From Eledone cirrhosa (lineage: Eukaryota), in NCBI GenBank assembly GCA_964016885.1, contig OZ024744.1, forward strand, positions 1,798,001 through 1,862,000: a DNA stretch of 64,000 nt, in the 5' to 3' direction. A program made the translations under genes and the position numbers. Position 1 is the first letter of the stretch, and each line of letters begins with the position of its first letter. The notes beneath the pieces are model-generated. The model was not told where the DNA came from. It ran no database searches and saw only the letters and a list, made by a program, of their open reading frames with translations. Below, piece by piece: positions 39,301-51,400 of the stretch.

Positions 39301-42300
39301 CCCAAAACTTCATTGTTCACCAAGCTATCTTTCTCTACCTTGTCTTCCCACAAAACTTCGTTCTTCACCAAGCTATCTTTCTCTACCTTGTCTTCCCACA
39401 AAACGTCGTTCTTCACCAAGCTATCTTTCTCTACCTTGTCTTCCCTCAAAACTTCGTTCTTCACCAAGCTATCTTTCTCTACATTGTCTTCCCCAAAACT
39501 TCGTTCTTCACCAAGCTATCTTTCTCTACCTTGTCTTCCCCCAAAACTTCGTTCTTCACCAAGCTATCTTTCTCTACCTTGTCTTCCCCCAAAACTTCGT
39601 TCTTCACCAAGCTATCTTTCTCTACCTTGTCTTCCCCCAAAAATTCGTTCTTCACCAAGCTATCTTTCTCTACCTTGTCTTCCCACAAAACTTCGTTCTT
39701 CACCAAGCTATCTTTCTCTACCTTGTCTTCCCCCAAAACTTCGTTCTTCACCAAGTCATCTTTCTCTACTTTGTCATCCCTCAAAACTTCGTTCTTCACC
39801 AATCTATCTTTTATACCTTGTCTTCCCCCAAAACTTCGTTCTTCACCAAGCTATCTTTCTCTAGCTTGTCTTCCCACAAAACGTCGTTCTTCACCAAGCT
39901 ATCTTTCTCTACCTTGTCTTCCCTCAAAACGTCGTTCTTCACCAAGCTATCTTTCTCTACCTTGTCTTCCCTCAAAACATCGTTCTTCACCAAGCTATCT
40001 TTCTCTACCTTGTCTTCTCCCAAAACTTCGTTATTCACCAAGCTATCTTTCTCTACCTTGTCTTCCCTCAAAACTTCGTTCTTCACCAAGCTATCTTTCT
40101 CTACTTTGTCTTCCCCCAAAACTTCGTTCTTCACCAAGCTATCTTTCTCTACCTTGTCTTCCCCCAAAACTTCGTTCTTCACCAAGCTATCTTTCTGTAG
40201 CTTGTCTTCACACAAAACTTCGTTCTTCACCAAGCTATCTTTCTCTACCTTGTCTTCCGTCAAAACCTCGTTCTTCACCAAGATATCTTTCTCTACCTTG
40301 TCTTCCCTCAAAACGTCGTTCTTCACCAAGCTATCTTTCTCTACCTTGTCTTCCCTCAAAACATCGTTCTTCACCAAGCTATCTTTCTCTACCTTGTCTT
40401 CTCCCAAAACTTCGTTCTTCACCAAGCTATCTTTCTCTACCTTGTCTTCTCCCAAAACTTCGTTATTCACCAAGCTATCTTTCTCTACCTTGTCTTCCCT
40501 CAAAACTTCGTTCTTCACCAAGCTATCTTTCTCTACTTTGTCTTCCCCCAAAACTTCGTTCTTCACCAAGCTATCTTTCTCTACCTTGTCTTCCCCCAAA
40601 ACTTCGTTCTTCACCAAGCTATCTTTCTGTAGCTTGTCTTCACACAAAACTTCGTTCTTCACCAAGCTATCTTTCTCTACCTTGTCTTCCCACAAAACGT
40701 CATTCTTCACCAAGCTATCTTTCTCTACCTTGTCTTCCCTCAAAACGTCGTTCTTCACCAAGCTATCTTTCTCTACCTTGTCTTCCCTCAAAACATCGTT
40801 CTTCACCAAGCTATCTTTCTCTACCTTGTCTTCTCCCAAAACTTCGTTCTTCACCAAGTCATCTTTCTCTACCTTGTCATCCCTCAAAACTTCGTTCTTC
40901 ACCAATCTATCTTTCTCTACCTTGTCTTCCCCCAAAACTTCGTTCTTCACCAAGCTATCTTTCTGTAGCTTGTCTTCACACAAATCTTCGTTCTTCACCA
41001 AGCTATCTTTCTCTACCTTGTCTTCCCACAAAACGTCATTCTTCACCAAGCTATCTTTCTCTACCTTGTCTTCCGTCAAAACTTCGTTCTTCACCAAGAT
41101 ATCTTTCTCTACCTTGTCTTCTCCCAAAACTTCGTTCTTCACCAAGCTATCTTTCTCTACCTTGTCTTCCCTCAGAACTTCGTTCTTCAACAAGCTATCT
41201 TTCTCTACCTTGTCTTCCCCCCAAACTTCGTTCTTCACCAAGCTATCTTTCTCTACATTGTCCTCCCCAAAACTTCGTTCTTCACCAAGCTATCTTTCTC
41301 TACCTTGTCTTCCCTCAAAACGTCGTTCTTCACCAAGCTATCCTTCTCTACCTTGTCTTCTCCCAAAACTTCGTTATTCACCAAGCTATCTTTCTCTACC
41401 TTGTCTTCCCTCAAACCTTCGTTCTTCACCAAGCTATCTTTCTCTACCTTGTCTTCCCCCAAAACTTCGTTCTTCACCAAGCTATCTTTCTCTACATTGT
41501 CTTCCCCAAAACTTCGTTCTTCACCAAGCTATCTTTCTCTACCTTGTCTTCCCCCAAAACTTCGTTGTTCACCAAGCTATCTTTCTCTACCTTGTCTTCA
41601 ACCAAAACTTCGTTCTTCACCAAGCAATCTTTCTCTACCTTGTCTTCCCCAAAACTTCGTTCTTCACCAAGCTATCTTTCTCTACCTTGTCTTCCCCCAA
41701 AACTTCGTTCTTCACCAAGCTATCTTTCTCTACCTTGTCTTCCCCCAAAACTTCGTTCTTCACCAAGCTATCTTTCTCTAGCTTGTCTTCCCACAAAACG
41801 TCGTTCTTCACCAAGCTATCTTTCTCTACCTTGTCTTCCCTCAAGACGTCGTTCTTCACCAAGCTATCTTTCTCTACCTTGTCTTCCCTCAAAACATCGT
41901 TCTTCACCAAGCTATCTTTCTCTACCTTGTCTTCTCCCAAAACTTCGTTATTCACCAAGCTATCTTTCTCTACCTTGTCTTCCCTCAAAACTTCGTTCTT
42001 CACCAAGCTATCTTTCTCTACTTTGTCTTCCCCCAAAACTTCGTTCTTCACCAAGCTATCTTTCTCTACCTTGTCTTCCCCCAAAACTTCGTTCTTCACC
42101 AAGCTATCTTTCTGTAGCTTGTCTTCACACAAAACTTCGTTCTTCACCAAGCTATCTTTCTCTACCTTGTCTTCCCACAAAACGTCATTCTTCACCAAGC
42201 TATCTTTCTCTACCTTGTCTTCCCTCAAAACGTCGTTCTTCACCAAGCTATCTTTCTCTACCTTGTCTTCCCTCAAAACATCGTTCTTCACCAAGCTATC

Positions 42301-45300
42301 TTTCTCTACCTTGTCTTCCCTCAAAACTTCGTTCTTCACCAAGCTATCTTTCTCTACATTGTCTTCCCCAAAACTTCGTTCTTCACCAAGCTATCTTTCT
42401 CTACCTTGTCTTCCCCCAAAACTTCGTTCTTCACCAAGCTATCTTTCTCTACCTTGTCTTCCCCCAAAACTTCGTTCTTCACCAAGCTATCTTTCTCTAC
42501 CTTGTCTTCCCCCAAAACTTCGTTCTTCACCAAGCTATCTTTCTCTACCTTGTATTCCCACAAAACTTCGTTCTTCACCAAGCTATCTTTCTCTACCTTG
42601 TCTTCCCTCAAAACGTCGTTCTTCACCAAGCTATCTTTCTCTACATTGTCTTCCCCAAAACTTCGTTCTTCACCAAGCTATCTTTCTCTACCTTGTCTTC
42701 CCCCAAAACTTCATTGTTCACCAAGCTATCTTTCTCTACCTTGTCTTCCCACAAAACTTCGTTCTTCACCAAGCTATCTTTCTCTACCTTGTCTTCCCAC
42801 AAAACGTCGTTCTTCACCAAGCTATCTTTCTCTACCTTGTCTTCCCTCAAAACTTCGTTCTTCACCAAGCTATCTTTCTCTACATTGTCTTCCCCAAAAC
42901 TTCGTTCTTCACCAAGCTATCTTTCTCTACCTTGTCTTCCCCCAAAACTTCGTTCTTCACCAAGCTATCTTTCTCTACCTTGTCTTCCCCCAAAACTTCG
43001 TTCTTCACCAAGCTATCTTTCTCTACCTTGTCTTCCCCCAAAAATTCGTTCTTCACCAAGCTATCTTTCTCTACCTTGTCTTCCCACAAAACTTCGTTCT
43101 TCACCAAGCTATCTTTCTCTACCTTGTCTTCCCCCAAAACTTCGTTCTTCACCAAGTCATCTTTCTCTACTTTGTCATCCCTCAAAACTTCGTTCTTCAC
43201 CAATCTATCTTTTATACCTTGTCTTCCCCCAAAACTTCGTTCTTCACCAAGCTATCTTTCTCTAGCTTGTCTTCCCACAAAACGTCGTTCTTCACCAAGC
43301 TATCTTTCTCTACCTTGTCTTCCCTCAAAACGTCGTTCTTCACCAAGCTATCTTTCTCTACCTTGTCTTCCCTCAAAACATCGTTCTTCACCAAGCTATC
43401 TTTCTCTACCTTGTCTTCTCCCAAAACTTCGTTATTCACCAAGCTATCTTTCTCTACCTTGTCTTCCCTCAAAACTTCGTTCTTCACCAAGCTATCTTTC
43501 TCTACTTTGTCTTCCCCCAAAACTTCGTTCTTCACCAAGCTATCTTTCTCTACCTTGTCTTCCCCCAAAACTTCGTTCTTCACCAAGCTATCTTTCTGTA
43601 GCTTGTCTTCACACAAAACTTCGTTCTTCACCAAGCTATCTTTCTCTACCTTGTCTTCCGTCAAAACCTCGTTCTTCACCAAGATATCTTTCTCTACCTT
43701 GTCTTCCCTCAAAACGTCGTTCTTCACCAAGCTATCTTTCTCTACCTTGTCTTCCCTCAAAACATCGTTCTTCACCAAGCTATCTTTCTCTACCTTGTCT
43801 TCTCCCAAAACTTCGTTCTTCACCAAGCTATCTTTCTCTACCTTGTCTTCTCCCAAAACTTCGTTATTCACCAAGCTATCTTTCTCTACCTTGTCTTCCC
43901 TCAAAACTTCGTTCTTCACCAAGCTATCTTTCTCTACTTTGTCTTCCCCCAAAACTTCGTTCTTCACCAAGCTATCTTTCTCTACCTTGTCTTCCCCCAA
44001 AACTTCGTTCTTCACCAAGCTATCTTTCTGTAGCTTGTCTTCACACAAAACTTCGTTCTTCACCAAGCTATCTTTCTCTACCTTGTCTTCCCACAAAACG
44101 TCATTCTTCACCAAGCTATCTTTCTCTACCTTGTCTTCCCTCAAAACGTCGTTCTTCACCAAGCTATCTTTCTCTACCTTGTCTTCCCTCAAAACATCGT
44201 TCTTCACCAAGCTATCTTTCTCTACCTTGTCTTCTCCCAAAACTTCGTTCTTCACCAAGTCATCTTTCTCTACCTTGTCATCCCTCAAAACTTCGTTCTT
44301 CACCAATCTATCTTTCTCTACCTTGTCTTCCCCCAAAACTTCGTTCTTCACCAAGCTATCTTTCTGTAGCTTGTCTTCACACAAATCTTCGTTCTTCACC
44401 AAGCTATCTTTCTCTACCTTGTCTTCCCACAAAACGTCATTCTTCACCAAGCTATCTTTCTCTACCTTGTCTTCCGTCAAAACTTCGTTCTTCACCAAGA
44501 TATCTTTCTCTACCTTGTCTTCTCCCAAAACTTCGTTCTTCACCAAGCTATCTTTCTCTACCTTGTCTTCCCTCAGAACTTCGTTCTTCAACAAGCTATC
44601 TTTCTCTACCTTGTCTTCCCCCCAAACTTCGTTCTTCACCAAGCTATCTTTCTCTACATTGTCCTCCCCAAAACTTCGTTCTTCACCAAGCTATCTTTCT
44701 CTACCTTGTCTTCCCTCAAAACGTCGTTCTTCACCAAGCTATCCTTCTCTACCTTGTCTTCTCCCAAAACTTCGTTATTCACCAAGCTATCTTTCTCTAC
44801 CTTGTCTTCCCTCAAACCTTCGTTCTTCACCAAGCTATCTTTCTCTACCTTGTCTTCCCCCAAAACTTCGTTCTTCACCAAGCTATCTTTCTCTACATTG
44901 TCTTCCCCAAAACTTCGTTCTTCACCAAGCTATCTTTCTCTACCTTGTCTTCCCCCAAAACTTCGTTGTTCACCAAGCTATCTTTCTCTACCTTGTCTTC
45001 AACCAAAACTTCGTTCTTCACCAAGCTATCTTTCTCTACCTTGTCTTCCCCAAAACTTCGTTCTTCACCAAGCTATCTTTCTCTACCTTGTCTTCCCCCA
45101 AAACTTCGTTCTTCACCAAGCTATCTTTCTCTACCTTGTCTTCCCCCAAAACTTCGTTCTTCACCAAGCTATCTTTCTCTAGCTTGTCTTCCCACAAAAC
45201 GTCGTTCTTCACCAAGCTATCTTTCTCTACCTTGTCTTCCCTCAAGACGTCGTTCTTCACCAAGCTATCTTTCTCTACCTTGTCTTCCCTCAAAACATCG

Positions 45301-48300
45301 TTCTTCACCAAGCTATCTTTCTCTACCTTGTCTTCTCCCAAAACTTCGTTATTCACCAAGCTATCTTTCTCTACCTTGTCTTCCCTCAAAACTTCGTTCT
45401 TCACCAAGCTATCTTTCTCTACTTTGTCTTCCCCCAAAACTTCGTTCTTCACCAAGCTATCTTTCTCTACCTTGTCTTCCCCCAAAACTTCGTTCTTCAC
45501 CAAGCTATCTTTCTGTAGCTTGTCTTCACACAAAACTTCGTTCTTCACCAAGCTATCTTTCTCTACCTTGTCTTCCCACAAAACGTCATTCTTCACCAAG
45601 CTATCTTTCTCTACCTTGTCTTCCCTCAAAACGTCGTTCTTCACCAAGCTATCTTTCTCTACCTTGTCTTCCCTCAAAACATCGTTCTTCACCAAGCTAT
45701 CTTTCTCTACCTTGTCTTCTCCCAAAACTTCGTTATTCACCAAGCTATCTTTCTCTACCTTGTCTTCCCTCAAAACTTCGTTCTTCACCAAGCTATCTTT
45801 CTCTACTTTGTCTTCCCCCAAAACTTCGTTCTTCACCAAGCTATCTTTCTCTACCTTGTCTTCCCCCAAAACTTCGTTCTTAACCAAGCTATCTTTCTGT
45901 AGCTTGTCTTCACACAAAACTTCGTTCTTCACCAAGCTATCTTTCTCTACCTTGTCTTCCCCCAGAACTTCGTTCTTCACCAAGCTATCTTTCTCTACCT
46001 TGTCTTCCCCCAAAACTTCGTTCTTCACCAAGCTATCTTTCTCTACGTTGTATTCCCACAAAACTTCGTTCTTCACCAAGCTATCTTTCTCTACCTTGTC
46101 TTCCCTCAAAACGTCGTTCTTCACCAAGCTATCTTTCTCTACCTTGTCTTCTCCCAAAACTTCGTTATTCACCAAGCTATCTTTCTCTACCTTGTCTTCC
46201 CTCAAACCTTCGTTCTTCATCAAGCTATCTTTCTCTACCTTGTCTTCCCCCAAAACTTCGTTCTTCACCAAGCTATCTTTCTCTAGCTTGTCTTCCCACA
46301 AAACGTCGTTCTTCACCAAGCTATCTTTCTCTACCTTGTCTTCCCTCAAAACGTCGTTCTTCACCAAGCTATCTTTCTCTACCTTGTCTTCTCCCAAAAC
46401 TTCGTTATTCACCAAGCTATCTTTCTCTACCTTGTCTTCCCTCAAAACTTCGTTCTTCACCAAGCTATCTTTCTCTACTTTGTCTTCCCCCAAAACTTCG
46501 TTCTTCACCAAGCTATCTTTCTCTACCTTGTCTTCCCCCAAAACTTCGTTCTTCACCAAGCTATCTTTCTGTAGCTTGTCTTCACACAAATCTTCGTTCT
46601 TCACCAAGCTATCTTTCTCTACCTTGTCTTCCCACAAAACGTCATTCTTCACCAAGCTATCTTTCTCTACCTTGTCTTCCGTCAAAACTTCGTTCTTCAC
46701 CAAGATATCTTTCTCTACCTTGTCTTCTCCCAAAACTTCGTTCTTCACCAAGCTATCTTTCTCTACCTTGTCTTCCCTCAGAACTTCGTTCTTCAACAAG
46801 CTATCTTTCTCTACCTTGTCTTCCCCCAAACTTCGTTCTTCACCAAGCTATCTTTCTCTACATTGTCCTCCCCAAAACTTCGTTCTTCACCAAGCTATCT
46901 TTCTCTACCTTGTCTTCCGTCAAAACGTCGTTCTTCACCAAGCTATCCTTCTCTACCTTGTCTTCTCCCAAAACTTCGTTATTCACCAAGCTATCTTTCT
47001 CTACCTTGTCTTCCCTCAAACCTTCGTTCTTCACCAAGCTATCTTTCTCTACCTTGTCTTCCCCCAAAACTTCGTTCTTCACCAAGCTATCTTTCTCTAC
47101 ATTGTCTTCCCCAAAACTTCGTTCTTCACCAAGCTATCTTTCTCTACCTTGTCTTCCCCCAAAACTTCGTTGTTCACCAAGCTATCTTTCTCTACCTTGT
47201 CTTCAACCAAAACTTCGTTCTTCACCAAGCTATCTTTCTCTACCTTGTCTTCCCCAAAACTTCGTTCTTCACCAAGCTATCTTTCTCTACCTTGTCTTCC
47301 CCCAAAACTTCGTTCTTCACCAAGCTATCTTTCTCTACCTTGTCTTCCACCAAAACTTCGTTCTTCACCAAGCTATCTTTCTCTACCTTGTCTTCCCCCA
47401 AAACTTCGTTCTTCACCAAGCTATCTTTCTCTACCTTGTCTTCCCACAAAACTTCGTTCTTCACCAAGCTATCTTTCTCTACCTTGTCTTCCCACAAAAC
47501 GTCGTTCTTCACCAAGCTATCTTTCTCTACCTTGTCTTCCCTCAAAACTTCGTTCTTCACCAAGCTATCTTTCTCTACATTGTCTTCCCCAAAACTTCGT
47601 TCTTCACCAAGCTATCTTTCTCTACCTTGTCTTCCCCCAAAACTTCGTTCTTCACCAAGCTATCTTTCTCTACCTTGTCTTCCCCCAAAACTTCGTTCTT
47701 CACCAAGCTATCTTTCTCTACCTTGTCTTCCCCCAAAACTTCGTTCTTCACCAAGCTATCTTTCTCTACCTTGTATTCCCACAAAACTTCGTTCTTCACC
47801 AAGCTATCTTTCTCTACCTTGTCTTCCCTCAAAACGTCGTTCTTCACCAAGCTATCTTTCTCTACATTGTCTTCCCCAAAACTTCGGTCTTCACCAAGCT
47901 ATCTTTCTCTACCTTGTCTTCCCCCAAAACTTCATTGTTCACCAAGCTATCTTTCTCTACCTTGTCTTCCCACAAAACTTCGTTCTTCACCAAGCTATCT
48001 TTCTCTACCTTGTCTTCCCACAAAACGTCGTTCTTCACCAAGCTATCTTTCTCTACCTTGTCTTCCCTCAAAACTTCGTTCTTCACCAAGCTATCTTTCT
48101 CTACATTGTCTTCCCCAAAACTTCGTTCTTCACCAAGCTATCTTTCTCTACCTTGTCTTCCCCCAAAACTTCGTTCTTCACCAAGCTATCTTTCTCTACC
48201 TTGTCTTCCCCCAAAACTTCGTTCTTCACCAAGCTATCTTTCTCTACCTTGTCTTCCCCCAAAACTTCGTTCTTCACCAAGCTATCTTTCTCTACCTTGT

Positions 48301-48450
48301 CTTCCCACAAAACTTCGTTCTTCACCAAGCTATCTTTCTCTACCTTGTCTTCCCCCAAAACTTCGTTCTTCACCAAGTCATCTTTCTCTACTTTGTCATC
48401 CCTCAAAACTTCGTTCTTCACCAATCTATCTTTCTCTACCTTGTCTTCCC
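36400..48450. repeat. Repeated block at offset about 8,622 bp (about 36.4-39.8 kb vs about 45.0-48.4 kb)
   Basis: ORF pairs 36414/45036, 38236/46858, 38618/47240 and 39479/48101 share the offset. Shared rare monomers CCGTCAAAACGTCG (~38295/~46917) and 47-bp C5A3 (~38201/~46823). Confidence 0.8.
38900..45700. repeat. 3,401-bp (71-monomer) near-perfect tandem duplication
   Basis: Private variants CCAAAAATTCG (~39637/~43038), ATCTTTTATACC (~39806/~43207) and TCAAGACGTC (~41841/~45242) recur at offset 3,401. ORF pairs 39811/43212 and 41253/44654 agree. Confidence 0.9.
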
Positions 48451-51400
48451 CCAAAACTTCGTTCTTCACCAAGCTATCTTTCTCTAGCTTGTCTTCCCAC
48501 AAAACGTCGTTCTTCACCAAGCTATCTTTCTCTACCTTGTCTTCCCTCAAAACGTCGTTCTTCACCAAGCTATCTTTCTCTACCTTGTCTTCCCTCAAAA
48601 CATCGTTCTTCACCAAGCTATCTTTCTCTACCTTGTCTTCTCCCAAAACTTCGTTATTCACCAAGCTATCTTTCTCTACCTTGTCTTCCCTCAAAACTTC
48701 GTTCTTCACCAAGCTATCTTTCTCTACTTTGTCTTCCCCCAAAACTTCGTTCTTCACCAAGCTATCTTTCTCTACCTTGTCTTCCCCCAAAACTTCGTTC
48801 TTCACCAAGCTATCTTTCTGTAGCTTGTCTTCACACAAAACTTCGTTCTTCACCAAGCTATCTTTCTCTACCTTGTCTTCCGTCAAAACCTCGTTCTTCA
48901 CCAAGATATCTTTCTCTACCTTGTCTTCTCCCAAAACTTCGTTCTTCACCAAGCTATCTTTCTCTACCTTGTCTTCTCCCAAAACTTCGTTATTCACCAA
49001 GCTATCTTTCTCTACCTTGTCTTCCCTCAAAACTTCGTTCTTCACCAAGCTATCTTTCTCTACTTTGTCTTCCCCCAAAACTTCGTTCTTCACCAAGCTA
49101 TCTTTCTCTACCTTGTCTTCCCCCAAAACTTCGTTCTTCACCAAGCTATCTTTCTGTAGCTTGTCTTCACACAAAACTTCGTTCTTCACCAAGCTATCTT
49201 TCTCTACCTTGTCTTCCCACAAAACGTCATTCTTCACCAAGCTATCTTTCTCTACCTTGTCTTCCCTCAAAACGTCGTTCTTCACCAAGCTATCTTTCTC
49301 TACATTGTCTTCCCTCAAAACATCGTTCTTCACCAAGCTATCTTTCTCTACCTTGTCTTCTCCCAAAACTTCGTTATTCACCAAGCTATCTTTCTCTACC
49401 TTGTCTTCCCTCAAAACTTCGTTCTTCACCAAGCTATCTTTCTCTACTTTGTCTTCCCCCAAAACTTCGTTCTTCACCAAGCTATCTTTCTCTACCTTGT
49501 CTTCCCCCAAAACTTCGTTCTTCACCAAGCTATCTTTCTGTAGCTTGTCTTCACACAAAACTTCGTTCTTCACCAAGCTATCTTTCTCTACCTTGTCTTC
49601 CCACAAAACGTCATTCTTCACCAAGCTATCTTTCTCTACCTTGTCTTCCCTCAAAACGTCGTTCTTCACCAAGCTATCTTTCTCTACCTTGTCTTCCCTC
49701 AAAACATCGTTCTTCACCAAGCTATCTTTCTCTACCTTGTCTTCTCCCAAAACTTCGTTATTCACCAAGCTATCTTTCTCTACCTTGTCTTCCCTCAAAA
49801 CTTCGTTCTTCACCAAGCTATCTTTCTCTACTTTGTCTTCCCCCAAAACTTCGTTCTTCACCAAGCTATCTTTCTCTACCTTGTCTTCCCCCAAAACTTC
49901 GTTCTTCACCAAGCTATCTTTCTGTAGCTTGTCTTCACACAAAACTTCGTTCTTCACCAAGCTATCTTTCTCTACCTTGTCTTCCCCCAAAACTTCGTTC
50001 TTCACCAAGCTATCTTTCTCTACCTTGTCTTCCCCCAAAACTTCGTTCTTCACCAAGCTATCTTTCTCTACGTTGTATTCCCACAAAACTTCGTTCTTCA
50101 CCAAGCTATCTTTCTCTACCTTGTCTTCCCTCAAAACGTCGTTCTTCACCAAGCTATCTTTCTCTACCTTGTCTTCTCCCAAAACTTCGTTATTCACCAA
50201 GCTATCTTTCTCTACCTTGTCTTCCCTCAAACCTTCGTTCTTCATCAAGCTATCTTTCTCTACCTTGTCTTCCCCCAAAACTTCGTTCTTCACCAAGCTA
50301 TCTTTCTCTAGCTTGTCTTCCCACAAAACGTCGTTCTTCACCAAGCTATCTTTCTCTACCTTGTCTTCCCTCAAAACGTCGTTCTTCACCAAGCTATCTT
50401 TCTCTACCTTGTTTTCCCTCAAAACAGCGTTCTTCACCAAGCTATCTTTCTCTACCTTGTCTTCTCCCAAAACTTCGTTATTCACCAAGCTATCTTTCTC
50501 TACCTTGTCTTCCCTCAAAACTTCGTTCTTCACCAAGCTATCTTTCTCTACTTTGTCTTCCCCCAAAACTTCGTTCTTCACCAAGCTATCTTTCTCTACC
50601 TTGTCTTCCCCCAAAACTTCGTTCTTCACCAAGCTATCTTTCTGTAGCTTGTCTTCACACAAATCTTCGTTCTTCACCAAGCTATCTTTCTCTACCTTGT
50701 CTTCCCACAAAACGTCATTCTTCACCAAGCTATCTTTCTCTACCTTGTCTTCCGTCAAAACTTCGTTCTTCACCAAGATATCTTTCTCTACCTTGTCTTC
50801 TCCCAAAACTTCGTTCTTCACCAAGCTATCTTTCTCTACCTTGTCTTCCCTCAGAACTTCGTTCTTCAACAAGCTATCTTTCTCTACCTTGTCTTCCCCC
50901 CAAACTTCGTTCTTCACCAAGCTATCTTTCTCTACATTGTCCTCCCCAAAACTTCGTTCTTCACCAAGCTATCTTTCTCTACCTTGTCTTCCCTCAAAAC
51001 GTCGTTCTTCACCAAGCTATCCTTCTCTACCTTGTCTTCTCCCAAAACTTCGTTATTCACCAAGCTATCTTTCTCTACCTTGTCTTCCCTCAAACCTTCG
51101 TTCTTCACCAAGCTATCTTTCTCTACCTTGTCTTCCCCCAAAACTTCGTTCTTCACCAAGCTATCTTTCTCTACATTGTCTTCCCCAAAACTTCGTTCTT
51201 CACCAAGCTATCTTTCTCTACCTTGTCTTCCCCCAAAACTTCGTTGTTCACCAAGCTATCTTTCTCTACCTTGTCTTCAACCAAAACTTCGTTCTTCACC
51301 AAGCTATCTTTCTCTACCTTGTCTTCCCCAAAACTTCGTTCTTCACCAAGCTATCTTTCTCTACCTTGTCTTCCCCCAAAACTTCGTTCTTCACCAAGCT

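Noticed and set aside
26651-45883. Giant + strand ORFs (up to 6,410 aa) as real genes
   Set aside because: The consensus has no TAA/TAG/TGA on the + strand, so all three frames stay open and overlap. Translations just cycle among KTSFFTKLSFSTLSSP, KLRSSPSYLSLPCLPP and QNFVLHQAIFLYLVFP at each deletion. There are no unique domains and the starts are mostly TTG.
48101-50920. - strand EDKVEKDSLVKNEVLG-repeat ORFs (e.g. 939 aa) as a repeat antigen or structural protein
   Set aside because: ORF ends coincide with frameshifting 47-bp monomers. There is no unique N- or C-terminus, starts are mostly TTG, and stop and radical variants are propagated by duplication.
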